A stretch of DNA of 62,790 bases, filler included, from Basidiobolus ranarum (GCA_040143965.1; 33 parts of 33 records of this genome joined end to end with filler, not necessarily neighbours in it); one strand, 5' to 3'; counted from the first letter of the whole stretch, positions 1-12,166 are shown. The notes: generated by a model not told the origin, from the sequence alone. Numbers and translations are program-made.

Positions 1-319
1 CCTCAATGATCAAAGCTGCTTCCTTTACAGTAAGTGATATGAGAGACAAATGTTTGCCAATAACAAAGTTTTTGTAACATAACCATTGTCTTCTTCTTCA
101 ACTTCTGATATACTACCATTGACACTGGAATAATCATGATGAACATCTAGCAGCAAGTCCTCAAAGTTGTCTGGACTTACTGGCTTGACCAAAGTTGCAT
201 TTTGACCACCATCATTCCGGTTATATACCTGTGGTAACTCCACGGTATCTTGACTTTTGGCAGTGTTACCAACCCTGTGAGGCAAACTATAGTCAGTGGA
301 CTCAATGAGCAAAACTAAA
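1..319 (-). mobile_element. CMC/EnSpm-type transposase, N-terminal fragment (decayed)
   Basis: Translates to ...ESTDYSLP..GNTAKSQDTVELPQ..PVSPDNFEDLLLDV, matching copies at 12167, 21545 and 33965. Confidence 0.85.
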
Positions 320-1816
320 CCGTGAAAAAACAAAATTGATTTGATCCGGATTGGATCCACCCTCCAAAAGAGCAAAATCATCAGAGAACCATCACAGTAT
401 CAGTGGCTTGCATTCTGCCAGGGATTTTGATGGCATGATGGTGGTCTCATGACAGTATTGCTATGGTTTTCATACATGTTAATATATTGATCCTCAAATT
501 TGACATGCATTATTCAATATCCAGCAATTTTTGCAAAAAAAATGAATTTTGAATGGCAAATTACTGGGTTTACTGCCGCAGGAATTGAAATTAATATTCA
601 TGCCTGTATTTAGATATTTTAGGCTTTGTACTCCAGCCATAATGAAAATCAAAAAGTACAACAATCTTGTGGTGTTTAGTCTCTACATATGCACATACTT
701 GACTGATTAGACATAACTCAACAACATTAGTAAGCTTTACCAGCAAACTAACAGTGGAACAATTGCCAAACATCTGAAGTTTGAATAGCACTGACACTTA
801 GCAAATAGCTGACTCTTGTTACCTTTCACAATTAGATTAAGCTCTTCAATTTGGCAAATTTCTGTAAAGAATTAAGCCAATACATTTCCAACTTGCAGTC
901 AACAAATGTCCTGCCACAAGTGGATGTGTAATTACTTGAATAGATTACCCCATGGCTAAAACAATAATACCAGGTATCTTGATCTATCTTACAAAGAAGT
1001 CTGTCTTGCAGCTTTCCTAAAAATACCATCAGATTATCACACAAGCAAATTAGTCTAATTACAGTGGTACTTACTCTGTGTCCATGGATTGGGCTTTGTT
1101 GCTGTTATTGAGCTCAATCAATGCAAGAACCCATGAGCACATTTAAATGAGCCCTTTGTCGGCAGATTAATATACTCTGATATCTCCTTAACCCATTGCA
1201 TTACATCCATTACAGATATGCTGATACATTGTTAATAAGATTAGCATATGGTAATACTGACAATTTCACACAGAGCATCATTTCACCACAGGTGCACTCC
1301 ATTGGGAATTCCCAGAAAGTATAGCAAAGGCCTATAATCTCTAAGCATTGTGAAAGATACAGCAGGGAATCTATTGAATACTGGCATAGATTTAGTTTAT
1401 CTTCTGTAAACCTGTAACAAAATTTTTCATATCCTATTACAAAACCTTTGCACAGTTGCTGTATCTGCCTGAGATCTGCCAATATGAGTTGATGCCATAA
1501 AAATATATTTCAAATATCCACAAACAACTCCCAATGTTGCCAATACTTATGAGGCAGATATCTTTTCAAAATATCACTTGAATATATACAAATCCAATAC
1601 TTCCAGTCTTTGCATTTTAATAAACGCCTAGATGAGTAGATATTGATTGGAGTGCTGGTAAAATATGATGGTATCTTGACATTTTCAAGCATTTTCCCAA
1701 TTGATTCAAACTTTGATCCTATCTTGAATGCCTCATTTGTATAGAATTTTCCACCATATAGCTGAGTAAGTAGTGTAGAAATGTTGTTGAATAGTAAGTG
1801 CATAGTGCCTAATAGG
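320..1816 (-). mobile_element. CMC element right end and transposase 3' half, abutting another copy
   Basis: Degenerate terminus CCGTGAAAAAACAAAATTGATTTGATCCGGATTGGATCC at 320; MHLLFNN, KCKDWKYWI and FWEFPME motifs; 58-bp intron at 1017-1074. Confidence 0.85.
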
Positions 1817-1916
1817 NNNNNNNNNNNNNNNNNNNNNNNNNNNNNNNNNNNNNNNNNNNNTTAATTAATTAANNNNNNNNNNNNNNNNNNNNNNNNNNNN
1901 NNNNNNNNNNNNNNNN
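1817..1916. other. Artificial contig spacer N44-TTAATTAATTAA-N44 (first of 32; recurs about every 1.9 kb, last at 60893-60992)
   Basis: Identical 100-nt block with stops in all six frames; the intervening contigs shrink monotonically from 1816 to 1798 bp. Confidence 0.99.
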
Positions 1917-1945
1917 CTCAATAATTCAATCTAAAACTCCGTTAC

Positions 1946-2997
1946 TTCATTCAAATCCCAGAGGTAGAAACACTCCACTTCGCCATCGTTGGGTTGTGGT
2001 ACGAAGTCTCGGGGTAACTCAAGATCGTAAAGATATCTGGATGGAATGAGTTGGGCTTGGCTTCACTAATGGATGATAACGCTTTAGTACACTTACTGGG
2101 TTTCTGGTGCTAATCCTCGCTCGGTACAGTCAAAGTAGGTAATGGCGCCCGAGGCCCGTACCTATATTATATGCCTGGAATTCAATATCCACCAACAGTG
2201 GGTTAGATAAAGAGTGAAGCGGCTACCTTGGCTGCAATCTCCATAGGGATGTTTGCCTCTTCGTCACATTCCTTGACAATGGTCTCATCTGGTGCTTGTC
2301 CATAGCTTATTCCCCCGGCAACCTACAGCGGGCTCAAGTTGAGGATCACGTGATTTGGGAATGTACGCTGAGATAACTCCTACTTACTATATTGTCTAAC
2401 AGACCAGGCCAGGTAGGTTTCTTCAAACTTCTTCTTGCTACCCACATTTTAATTCCTTCGTCAGTACGTACATATCCATTTAGGTGGGCTCCGAAAGTGC
2501 GAAAACCAAAGATCGAGCAACCAGCTCGTTCCATTCTAAAGGCAATATTACTAGGTTGACGAGAATCTCCGTATACTGGATAAAATTCGTTTCTCCAACC
2601 TAAAAGACCACAAATACTTTAATAACTAAAACGAAGCTGTCTTTTTACGTATTCTGTAAACACTCGTCTCAGGCACTCCCCGAAAATTACCTTTTAAACA
2701 GGCAAAAGTTCCATTCTCCTTCCAATACTTTAATAACTTCATTACTGCTTCCGATCTCTCTTCAAAAGTATCTACACTTTGGTGAAAGGTGACGGTTTCG
2801 GAGTCTATAGAGAAGGAGTTCTCTCCAAACGCTGTCACATACTTCTTTAACTCCAGTACAGTAGGCTCATCGACATATCCGATGGTGACTCCATGCAATG
2901 AGAAAGGTAAGACTTTTCTATTGGCAAGGTATTCCTTCTCTTCATATGGGACTTTGTCGCAGAGTGCAACGATGGAAAGTAAACTGACTGAAGTCAT
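1946..2997 (-). CDS. Nudix hydrolase, YJR142W/Tnr3-N/NUDT20-like; exons 2997-2691, 2599-2388, 2322-2227, 2161-2097, 2036-1946; 3' end off contig
   Basis: Spliced reading gives LKGWRNEFYPVYG, ERAGCSIFGFRTFGAHLNGYV, MWVARRSLKKPTWPGLLDNIVAGG, Nudix box GGISYGQAPDETIVKECDEEANI and YLYDLELPRDFVPQPNDGEVECF; all introns GT-AG. Confidence 0.92.
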
Positions 2998-3831
2998 ATG
3001 GTTATTCTATATAGGTTGAGAGTAGTTGAAGGTTCATCTTTGGGGTTTATATAGGATTCGGTGAATCTACCAAAATTAGTGATATGTAAGATCAGCTAGA
3101 GCCCGGGCTCAATTTGGTTGGGATGGATCCACTGATCCCCGATAATGAACCCTGTCGAAGTACACGCTGAGGTCGCATGCTCGAAGAACCAGTTAAAAAT
3201 GATGAATTTCTGTATTAGATTAATGCTACACAACACTCCGCTGGCATCCACTTGCCATATGTCAGATGACGCGAAGACGTTGAGATGTCAACAAAGGCAA
3301 CGCTCAATCCAGCAAGTTAGCAATCCACTTTGGTGTTGTTTCTATGCTTCTTCGAACTGGACGGAAGAGTATCATTTGTAGTAGAAGCGCAAGACAATCA
3401 TGAAAGTTTCCTGACTTTGAGATACTGAGATTCTTTGATGGCTTTGGAGTGTTTGTGATCGCAATGGGGTGACAATCAAATAATATTCAGCGCCACTCCA
3501 CACTTGGGCTATAAAAGCTCATTGGATTGGTGTAACCATTAGTAATCTCGAAGTAGATTTGTAAGCAGAGTTTTACTTTGAGAATATTGGTTTCTATGAT
3601 AGTGCTGCATAGTAGTTTGTCATTTAAACAAGCGAGGTTCTTTCGTGACCAATAACCACAAGTCCTTGAGAGAATGAAGGTAGTTGGATGCTATAATAAG
3701 TAGGACCTATTTCAATCCAAATCAAGATGTGNNNNNNNNNNNNNNNNNNNNNNNNNNNNNNNNNNNNNNNNNNNNTTAATTAATTAANNNNNNNNNNNNN
3801 NNNNNNNNNNNNNNNNNNNNNNNNNNNNNNN

Positions 3832-4399
3832 TTATCCCCAATTGCTTCCAAAGTGAATACAAGGGCTGCATATGATTCACAGAGACCATTGATTATGGTA
3901 AGAATTATATCCATTTCAGGTACTTCATAATTCACTGATTCCAGTTGTTGGGCAAGTTTTTTGACACCATTTACATATGTCACAATATTTGAATCCTTGG
4001 ACATACAAGAATTTAATAATTTTCTTTGTAGCATCATCAAGTTAGCAAGCCCTTTTTGCTCATGATGTTCCACTAGGATTTCCCATGCATTCTTGGCAGA
4101 GTCAGCATCTCTGACTAGCATAAGTTGTTGTGCTCCCATTCTTAGACATATTTCCCTAAATGCCAATCTGTCTTTTTCTTAGAAAGTTGCCCTGGCTTCT
4201 TTACATGTTGGCTTCTTTGTTTCAGTGTCAGAATCTGTACTTTCTTCTTCAGAAGCTTCTTCTCCTTCATATGGTTCAACCACCTCCCAGATATGTTTCC
4301 CTTCAAGCACAACTTTCATCTTGAATTCCATTCATGGAAATCTTCCCCATTGAATATTGGAATATTAGTAATCTCCTTTTGGGAAGAACATTCTAATCA
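3832..4399 (-). mobile_element. Ty1/copia family A gag fragment
   Basis: FKMKVVLEGKHIWEVV and SAKNAWEILVEHHE...IILTIINGL (copia gag/UBN2-like), directly downstream of the LTR and PBS. Confidence 0.85.
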
Positions 4400-4412
4400 C
4401 TTGCTGCTACCA
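4400..4412 (-). promoter_or_regulatory. Primer-binding site TGGTAGCAGCAAG (complementary to a tRNA 3' CCA end, probably iMet)
   Basis: Abuts the CA end of LTR-A; starts with TGG; resembles iMet-type PBSs TGGTAGCAGAG and TGGTAGCGCC. Confidence 0.75.
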
Positions 4413-4728
4413 TGTTGGAGGATCTTGACATAATGGGGGTAGACTTTGAGTATTAGAAGCAACTTATGACAGCGTGTTTTAGTTTCTTCATTCTTAAGAG
4501 TATATGGTGACTTATATAGTAGAAAAGTAAATCAATTTTTGAGATATTCAGAAGTTTGTGTAATAAGATATAATAGATAAGTGGGGGTAATAAGACATAC
4601 TTGTTATTTAGATATAGAGATATTCCTATTTAGAATATAGGGGCTATAGATACGTTGCTTTCTGTTTCTGATATATGTATCATAACTAAAGTTAATTGTG
4701 ATGTTTAATACGGATTAATTATCCAACA
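4413..4728 (-). repeat. LTR family A, complete 316-bp 5' LTR
   Basis: TGTTGGA...TCCAACA inverted termini; partial copies at 20737-20934, 24518-24750, 37975-38083 and 41718-41888; diverged copy near 13700-13836. Confidence 0.92.
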
Positions 4729-5307
4729 AAAACTCCTATTCTTCAGATATACAGCTGTAGCAACAGATTCCACCCAAAAGTTATGAGATAAATTTTTAGC
4801 ATTTATCATAGATCCCACCCTTTCTACTAAAGTCCTGTTAGCTCTTTTGCAACTCCATTTTGCTGAGGTGGAAAGGGGGCAGTAGTTTCTTGCTTAATTC
4901 CATGAACTTGCAAAAGTGCTTAAATAGTGTTGAATTACATTCTCAACCATTATCAGTACATATTTTCTTGATTTTAGTAAAAGTTTCAGTCTCCACAAGT
5001 GTTTTAAAATCTCTAAAGATAGAGAGCTCTTTTTTTTTTTTCCATAAAATAGACCCATTGGTATCTTGTCTATTTATCAATAAAAGTGATTAAATATCTT
5101 TTCCACCTAAAGATTTATTTTGCATCTGTCCACTCAAATATGAACAAATTAGATCCAATTTTTTGACAGATTTGATTAAACAATGGCTCTTGCATGGTTA
5201 CCTAGCTGGTCTTTCATATATGCAAACCTCACAAATTTTCACTTTGGTTGGGAGGTTAATTTGAATTCCAGATATTAGGTGATTTTTGATCATTTTGCTC
5301 AAATGAT
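4729..5307 (-). mobile_element. Copia integrase fragment (decayed)
   Basis: CEVC zinc-binding remnant and KTLVETET..KIKKICTDNG; homologous to 42946-43452, 46021 onward and 59446 onward. Confidence 0.85.
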
Positions 5308-5646
5308 TGTTGAAGTTTATTAACTTTATTATATTTATTATCTCTACCTTTGTAAACCTAACTATTTCATATATCTCCTATTAGTAAGTTAACATTACTC
5401 AGTCAAATATCACATAACTGAAAATTGGAACATATATTATATATATGTGAATAATGTGAGAATTAGCAATTCCATGTTGGAAATTTCAAATGCATCCAAA
5501 TTGGCCCAAAAATAATTCATTTTACTCCCACCAATGTTCTGAACACAACTCCAGTGTTGGTTTTCAGTATTTCCACCAAAATGTATACATGCTTAATATC
5601 TGGTCAATAAAAAAATATCTCACATAGCTATTCACAACTCCACTTT
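5308..5646 (+). repeat. LTR family B (cut by the contig end)
   Basis: Starts TGTTGAAGTTTATT; matches the reverse complement of 6211-6587. Confidence 0.88.
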
Positions 5647-5746
5647 NNNNNNNNNNNNNNNNNNNNNNNNNNNNNNNNNNNNNNNNNNNNTTAATTAATT
5701 AANNNNNNNNNNNNNNNNNNNNNNNNNNNNNNNNNNNNNNNNNNNN

Positions 5747-6140
5747 TTCTGTTGAACTATGTTCAATTAGTGACTTACTATTTAATTGGTAGATTGTAAT
5801 CTATTCAGTTGCACAATCAATAGAAATGAACACATCAAGTTAATTGATATATCCTTGATCATCACTTGGGTTAGTTTCCAGCATGTTAATGCGTTTCAAA
5901 GTGGATAGTGGATAGCTAGACTGCTCATCAATTATGTCCTCTGTTGTTGCTGGGTTTTTTCCTTTCATGGTAGCAGGCTCCCACTTAGAATTGATTTTCA
6001 TTTAGATTTGAATGATTGTTTTATTCATTGATATTTTCAGATGGTGAACTTGGCATAATGAAGTTTCGTAGAAGCAGCCTCTAATAAACCAAAGTTACCA
6101 TCTGTTACTGCATATATCTTGTAAATCCCCTGCTGCCTCA
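5747..6140 (-). mobile_element. CMC element ORF2 5' part and intergenic region (diverged copy)
   Basis: Homologous to 11690-12060, 21060-21440 and 33480-33860. Confidence 0.75.
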
Positions 6141-6198
6141 TATGAGTTAATAAAAGTGGTAGTGGTGGTTTCTGTCATGCTGTAAAGGATAGAACATG

Positions 6199-6210
6199 GG
6201 GCCCATAACC
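6199..6210 (-). promoter_or_regulatory. Half-tRNA(iMet) primer-binding site GGTTATGGGCCC
   Basis: Immediately follows the LTR-B end; matches the anticodon-arm PBS type of Drosophila copia and Ty5; a gag-like start MTETTTTTF follows. Confidence 0.85.
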
Positions 6211-7306
6211 TATTGGGAAAATATGGGCTGTTTGGAGGAACTTTAGAAAAGTGGAGTTGTGAATAGCTTTGTGAGAAAATGATTTATTGTCCAGAAATAA
6301 AGCATTTGTACATTTTGAAGGAAATGTAGAAAACTAACACTGGGGTTGTGCTCAGAACATCTGTGGGAGTAAAACAAGCCAGCTTTGGGGCAATTTGGAC
6401 AAGTTTGAAATTTCTAATATGGAATTGCTAATTCTCACATTATTCACATATATATATAATAGATGTTCTGGTTTTAAGCTATGTGATACTTAACTAAGTG
6501 GTGTTAACTAACTTATATGTGATATATTAAAAGCTAGGTATATAAAGATAGAGATAACAAACATGATAAACACAATAAACTTCAACAGCTTGTAGGAACT
6601 TTAGAAAAGTGGAGTTGTGAATAGCTTTGTGAGATAATGATTTATTGTCCAGAAATAAAGCATTTATACATTTTGAAGGAAATGCAGAAAACTAACACTG
6701 GGATTGTGCTCAGAACATCTGTGGGAGTAAAATGATCTATTGTTGGGGCAATTTGGGTGAGTTTGAAATTTCTAATATGGAATTGCTAATTCTCACATTA
6801 TTCACATATATATATAATAGATGTTCTGATTTTCAGCTAAGTGATATTTAACTAAGTGGTGTTAACTAACTTATATGTGATATATGAAATAGCTAGGTAT
6901 ATAAATATAGAGATAACAAACATGATAAAGACAATAAACTTCAACAGTCTGGAGGAACTTGAGAAAAGTGGAGTTGTGAATAGCTTTGTGAGATAAATTA
7001 TTTATTGTCCAGAAATAAAGCATTTATACTTTTTGGTGGAAATACAGAAAACTAACACTGGAGTTGGGTTCATAACATCTGTGGGAGTAAAATGAGCTAT
7101 TGTTGGGGCAATTTGGACAAGTTTGAAATTTCCAATATAGAATTGTTAATTCTCACATTATTCATATATATATATAATATATGTTCCAATTTTTAGCTAA
7201 GTGATACTTGACTAAGTAATGTTAGCTAACTTTTATGTGATATATGAAATAGTTATGTGTATAAAGATAGAGATAACAAATATGATAAAGACAATAAACT
7301 TCAACA
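6211..7306 (-). repeat. Three head-to-tail LTR-B copies (6211-6587, 6588-6946, 6947-7306)
   Basis: Units of about 360 bp, each ending AAACTTCAACA on the + strand; copies differ by scattered substitutions. Confidence 0.93.
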
Positions 7307-7559
7307 GAATCAATTTGTCATCTTCAAAATCCCTAGTCTCTTTGATATATTCTCCTGAATATTTTTATCAAGTTCTTCATACCCAAGGATCAGCTCATAC
7401 CCAACATGAGTTTGTATTAATATCTCCATCAAAGCCCACCATTGTATTAATGTTGCTGAATCAACATTCTTCCAGCTATTTGGCAGATACCCTGCAATAT
7501 TGTGCCACTCTGTATTAAGTTCTTCCCAGATATCTGCATGGTCAACACCAGACTGAATG
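7307..7559 (-). mobile_element. CMC element ORF2 C-terminus
   Basis: Open frame IQSGVDHADIWEELNTEWHNIAGYLPNSWKNVDSATLIQWWALMEILIQTHVGYELILGYEELDKNIQENISKRLGILKMTN*; the same sequence follows the left TIR at 30310-30468. Confidence 0.7.
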
Positions 7560-7659
7560 NNNNNNNNNNNNNNNNNNNNNNNNNNNNNNNNNNNNNNNNN
7601 NNNTTAATTAATTAANNNNNNNNNNNNNNNNNNNNNNNNNNNNNNNNNNNNNNNNNNNN

Positions 7660-8110
7660 TAGCTGATATCTTAACCAAACCTTTAGCTAAAGCACAATTT
7701 GAATTATTAAGATATAAGTTAGGTTTAAGAGATATACAAAATAATTAGTTGAGTGGGAATATTGAAATTAGGTAAATAGCAACTCATTATTTAGTAGTTA
7801 TTTTATTCATATTCTGATTATTTAGCACTCAATTCTGTTATTCAAAAATGTGTGTTTATTGCTCTAATTGATAGAAATATCAATTAGATCACTTTTACCA
7901 ATTTCACTATTTTCTCAAAACTTCTCCAAATCACCTCAAATTTTCACCCATGCTTAACAGGCATGTTTGCTATGATCTAAGCACATCCAATAGTCCTATT
8001 TCATGGTAAACTATAAATAGGACATATTCAATTCAATAAAGCTTAAGTGTCTAATTCACAAATCCAAATCTTGTCCAAAACACTTCCAAATCCCCTAAAC
8101 ACTTTTATCA
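7660..8110 (+). mobile_element. Copia family C 3' end: RNase H tail, polypurine tract and 351-bp 3' LTR (7760-8110)
   Basis: ADILTKPLAKAQFELLRYKLGL, then GAGTGGGAA, then LTR ending CACTTTTATCA; other LTR-C copies at 15087-15206, 17580-17929, 54705-54920 and 55977-56277. Confidence 0.9.
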
Positions 8111-9472
8111 TGATCAAGAGAAAGAATTAGCACAAAAAATATGGGTACTAAGGAGTTAAAATGTCAAAGAATACTGCTTAAATGGCTATGCTTGTATTTG
8201 TTCTCAACATGGAATTAAGCAACAAACTACTTGCCATATACTTCACCACAGAATGAAGTTGCAGAATGTGCCAATAGGGCCATTGTGGAGATGGTAGGAT
8301 TGATGTTACATGATCAAAAGTTAGATACCATTAATAGGCTGAATATGTTTCCACTGCAGTCAATATCAAGATCAGGTGCCCAACAAGATGGCTATGAACT
8401 TCCTTTGAAGCCCTCCAGGGATCAACACTAAGAGTTAAATCTCAGGATCTATGGTTGCACATCATATATGATTAAATTGCAGCTTAAAAATGCTCTAAGC
8501 TGGAACTTAAAAGCAGAAATGCATGTTTCTTAGTTACTTCAATGAAGCTTAGTCCTAAAACTGTTTGATACCAAAAATTGGAAGTTAAATAAGTGCAGAG
8601 ATGACATTTTTGATAAAAAAGCAAATTCTTCTGCTCAATTCACAGTTCTTGATCCAGAAAACATAATCAGCACTATTCAGGAAGAGTGTGACAAAATTAA
8701 AGTGTGGTTAGAGCCCAGTTGAACCAAAACCCTAATTCCAATTTCATCAGAGGATGATTAGGACTTAGAATATTAACCACATGAAGAAATAAGCCAGGGT
8801 ACTGGTGGAACACTTCCAATAATAATCTGTATGCTAATGCAGTATTTCTGTGACAGGCCACAGACTTTAGACCAAACTCAGGAGTCTCCAAAATTCAAAT
8901 CATGCAAAGGCAACAATTTCTAATGTGTTTTTTTCAATTCAGGACAATAAAACATGGATTTTAGGGCCTCTACCATCAGGGAGAAGGCCATTAGGTTGCA
9001 AGTGGGTATACACAATCAAAAGCCAAGCTGATGGAACAGTAGAAAGGTACAAAATAAGAATAGTTAGAAAAGCTCATTTCAAGACCCCAGGAGTTGTATA
9101 TAACTAAGCTTAGGCCCTACTAGCCAAGTTTAGCATACTTGGATCAATCTTCCCACTTTCAGCCATCCATAACCTTGATTTATAACAAATACATGTAAAA
9201 ACAGCCTTTTGGAATGGCAATGTAGAAGAAGAGATCTTCATAGAGCAACCAGATCCTTTTGTGGACCCAAAACACCTTGTTATAATCTGTAAGCTGCACA
9301 AATCATTTTATGGACTTAATCCAGCACCCAGGGCATCGTACAACCAGCTAAAAATCTATTTGGAATTACTTGAATTTCAAAGATGCTCATCAGCTCATAA
9401 TATGTAGATCAACACAACCAGATTAGGCCTCTTATCCTGCTACTATATGTGGCTGACTTGAGCATAGCCGCA
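8111..9472 (+). mobile_element. Copia integrase-RT fragment (decayed)
   Basis: PQNEVAECANRAIVEM, LPSGRRPLGCKWVYTIK, VERYK and EEIFIEQPD. Confidence 0.9.
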
Positions 9473-9572
9473 NNNNNNNNNNNNNNNNNNNNNNNNNNNN
9501 NNNNNNNNNNNNNNNNTTAATTAATTAANNNNNNNNNNNNNNNNNNNNNNNNNNNNNNNNNNNNNNNNNNNN

Positions 9573-11027
9573 ACCAAAATATGTCTTCTAAAGTGTGGAT
9601 CTTCTAACTGATACAGAAATAATTAGCATATTCCATGCCGAGAGATATTCTCAACTCAACATACCTCTAGCGCCATCAGATTGCGACTTGACAAGAACTT
9701 TGGGAAGAAAAAATTCGTAGTCGAAGCAAACACATCATGCATAATTGAGTCTTGCAAGTTATCTTCTCGTGTTCTCTTTTTGCCATTTTGCTTTTGGGCC
9801 TTTTCGTTGGCGTTCAATAATGTATAGTCATTGGATGTGATTTTCTTGAACTCGTTTAAAATATTCTCAACTTCCTAAAAAGTGTCTTTAAATATAGATA
9901 TTCAGACGTAAGCGTGTAGTATTGATTTAAAGGCGTACCTCTTTCACTATTGCGTGATTGTCCTGTTGGAAAAATAGTGGCGGGTTGGCAAAATACTGTT
10001 GTAAAGACCAGAATCTCTTGTAGAATTTGTACTCCTCTACCAACACCAGATGTAAATAACATGAGGATTTAGTATCTAAAATTTGCTTTTGTCAGCATAA
10101 TCATAATTACCTTGAGCTTCTTGAGTATCATCTTCCATAAGGGCCTCTTCATAAACTGTACCATTTTCAATATTGAAATCACCTCTCAAATTTACACCTG
10201 TATCCAAGAAAAAGTTCGTAACTGTCACAACATAGTAATAAATCCTAAAATCACATACCAGAACGCTCGCCTAAGGGGAATACCTTCGCCAATAATATCA
10301 AAATTCGACCACAGAATACTGTATTTTTCGTTTTGGAGAGTCTACGAAGTAGCTCGTTGCAGAGTCTTAGAAACACAAGACCTTTACCTTTGCCAGCAAC
10401 CATTCCCTTCAGTTAAATATTACTTTCAACTCTTCTTCGAAAATCAAAACAAGACAAACTGAATATGCCCACGTACCACTGTAAATCTATCTATTTTTCT
10501 CTCAAGAAATGTGAATACTTTTTCGCAGCCTTCGATTGTTTGTGTATCCAATAACTCTTCCAATAAAGTCAAAGGGAGAAGTGCATCACAAAGCTCTAAA
10601 TAAGTCAAAAATCAAAGCGGCTTAATGCCTTCAACTTCATAAATAGTCGAGCAGGTCTAAGCTACCTTGCTCTGCGCATAATAAAACCAAATCTAGGCAG
10701 TTGAATAAGCTTTGTAATTGTTGGGCTGATTTCGTATATGTTGCCTGTAAAGGGTAAAAAGGTCAACTTGAGAATATGAATTAAAATGATAGATTGAATG
10801 CGTACTCCAGTGCTCAGAGTTATATGTCGAAGTGAATATTCCAGAGCGATTCTTCGACTGTCAATAACTTGTTGAGTATCCCCCGTTTTAAAAACGGAAA
10901 AATGTTCTTTAACTTTCTCATATGTACCGGTATTATTCACTGAGCTTTCAGAATCTGTAGAGAAATTAGCTATGAAATTTTTAACTTGTGTCAGAGCTTC
11001 GCTTTTAAGACTCTCAAATAGTTCCAT
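9573..11027 (-). CDS. THOC1: THO complex subunit 1 (Hpr1/THOC1), multi-exon, 3' part off contig
   Basis: Spliced peptides [99 protein letters not shown] and [12 protein letters not shown]. Confidence 0.93.
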
Positions 11028-11484
11028 TTTGAGGATTGAAAGAGAAGTATTTTCTACGCGTTAACTATCAGAGGAATACAGTAACCAATATTATAACAGT
11101 GTCACATGACCTTGGATTGTTGAATGTATGCTTAATCAATTTGTGGTTTCAAATTATTAACGGATTACCATCAGTTAGTATGTAACCGCAAATTTGTTAG
11201 TTTAAATGAATTTGATTAGTGTCGTGTAACAAAATTATGAATGTATATTTTCTCGGGTATATCTTGTAAATACAGATCTGACGCATTTCTATCAATTGAG
11301 GGAATCATAAAAAATTTTGACCATCATTTAATTTTTTTTTACAGTCGAACTCATCACGTGTAGTCATCACTTTAAAACAAACAGNNNNNNNNNNNNNNNN
11401 NNNNNNNNNNNNNNNNNNNNNNNNNNNNTTAATTAATTAANNNNNNNNNNNNNNNNNNNNNNNNNNNNNNNNNNNNNNNNNNNN

Positions 11485-11955
11485 AGCGGCATTATTGCTT
11501 ATCATGGCCTGTATAGCAACTTCATAGTTTTTACATATGATTGCATACAAATCATTATGGTGTTCTGCCTGCAATTTCCTTGTTGTAATAATTCTATCCA
11601 AACTTTCTACAAAGGGTTGTTCAATAGTGGGCAAATAAGCCATTGTGAAAGTTGAAGGTCTTGACACTGTTTTGGCTGAACTTTGCTCAACTATTGATTT
11701 ATACATATTTGGGTGATTACAACCTCCTCACTTGCACTATTACTGGAAAGCAACACATCTGGTAAATTGATTAATGCTTCATCATTACTTGAGTTAGTTT
11801 CTGGCATGTTAATGCCCTCCAAAGTTGATAGTGGATTGCTAGACCGCTCATCAATTGGGTCCCCTGTTCTTGCTGGTTTTTTTTCCATTTACACCAGCAG
11901 GCTTTGGCTTAGAAGCCAATTTAAACTAGCATTTTGAATAGTTCTTGAATGGCAT
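11485..11955 (-). pseudogene. CMC element accessory ORF2, 5' part
   Basis: ATG at 11955; basic N-terminus then ..DERSSNPLSTLEGINMPETNSSNDEALINLPDV..; frameshifted; conserved across contigs. Confidence 0.7.
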
Positions 11956-12166
11956 TGAAATTTTCAGATGGTAAACTTGGTGTAATGAAATTGCTTAGAA
12001 ACAGCTTAAAATCGACCAAAATAGACATCCATTACCAAAAATATCTTGTAAATTCCCTGATGACCCATTTGTGACACCATCTGAGAATCAGCTGATGATA
12101 TTGATGGGCTATACCAGAAATACCACCCTTATATTGGAGATATGTTTTTTCAACAATATCTTTCTC

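Noticed and set aside
1861-1872. Regularly spaced TTAATTAATTAA palindrome as a biological repeat or CRISPR-like array
   Set aside because: Always embedded in exactly 44+44 Ns; it is a six-frame-stop concatenation linker
3000-3731. Gene or ncRNA upstream of the Nudix gene (ORF 3145-3381, palindrome GAGCCCGGGCTC)
   Set aside because: No recognisable protein or RNA motif; a single short palindrome is not enough evidence
6211-7306. CRISPR array or satellite
   Set aside because: Units are 360-bp LTRs found singly elsewhere, with a PBS; there are no unique spacers and no cas genes
10112-10462. Plus-strand ORFs over THOC1 and Nudix, and alternative-frame ORFs over URA2
   Set aside because: Antisense or off-frame shadows of real genes
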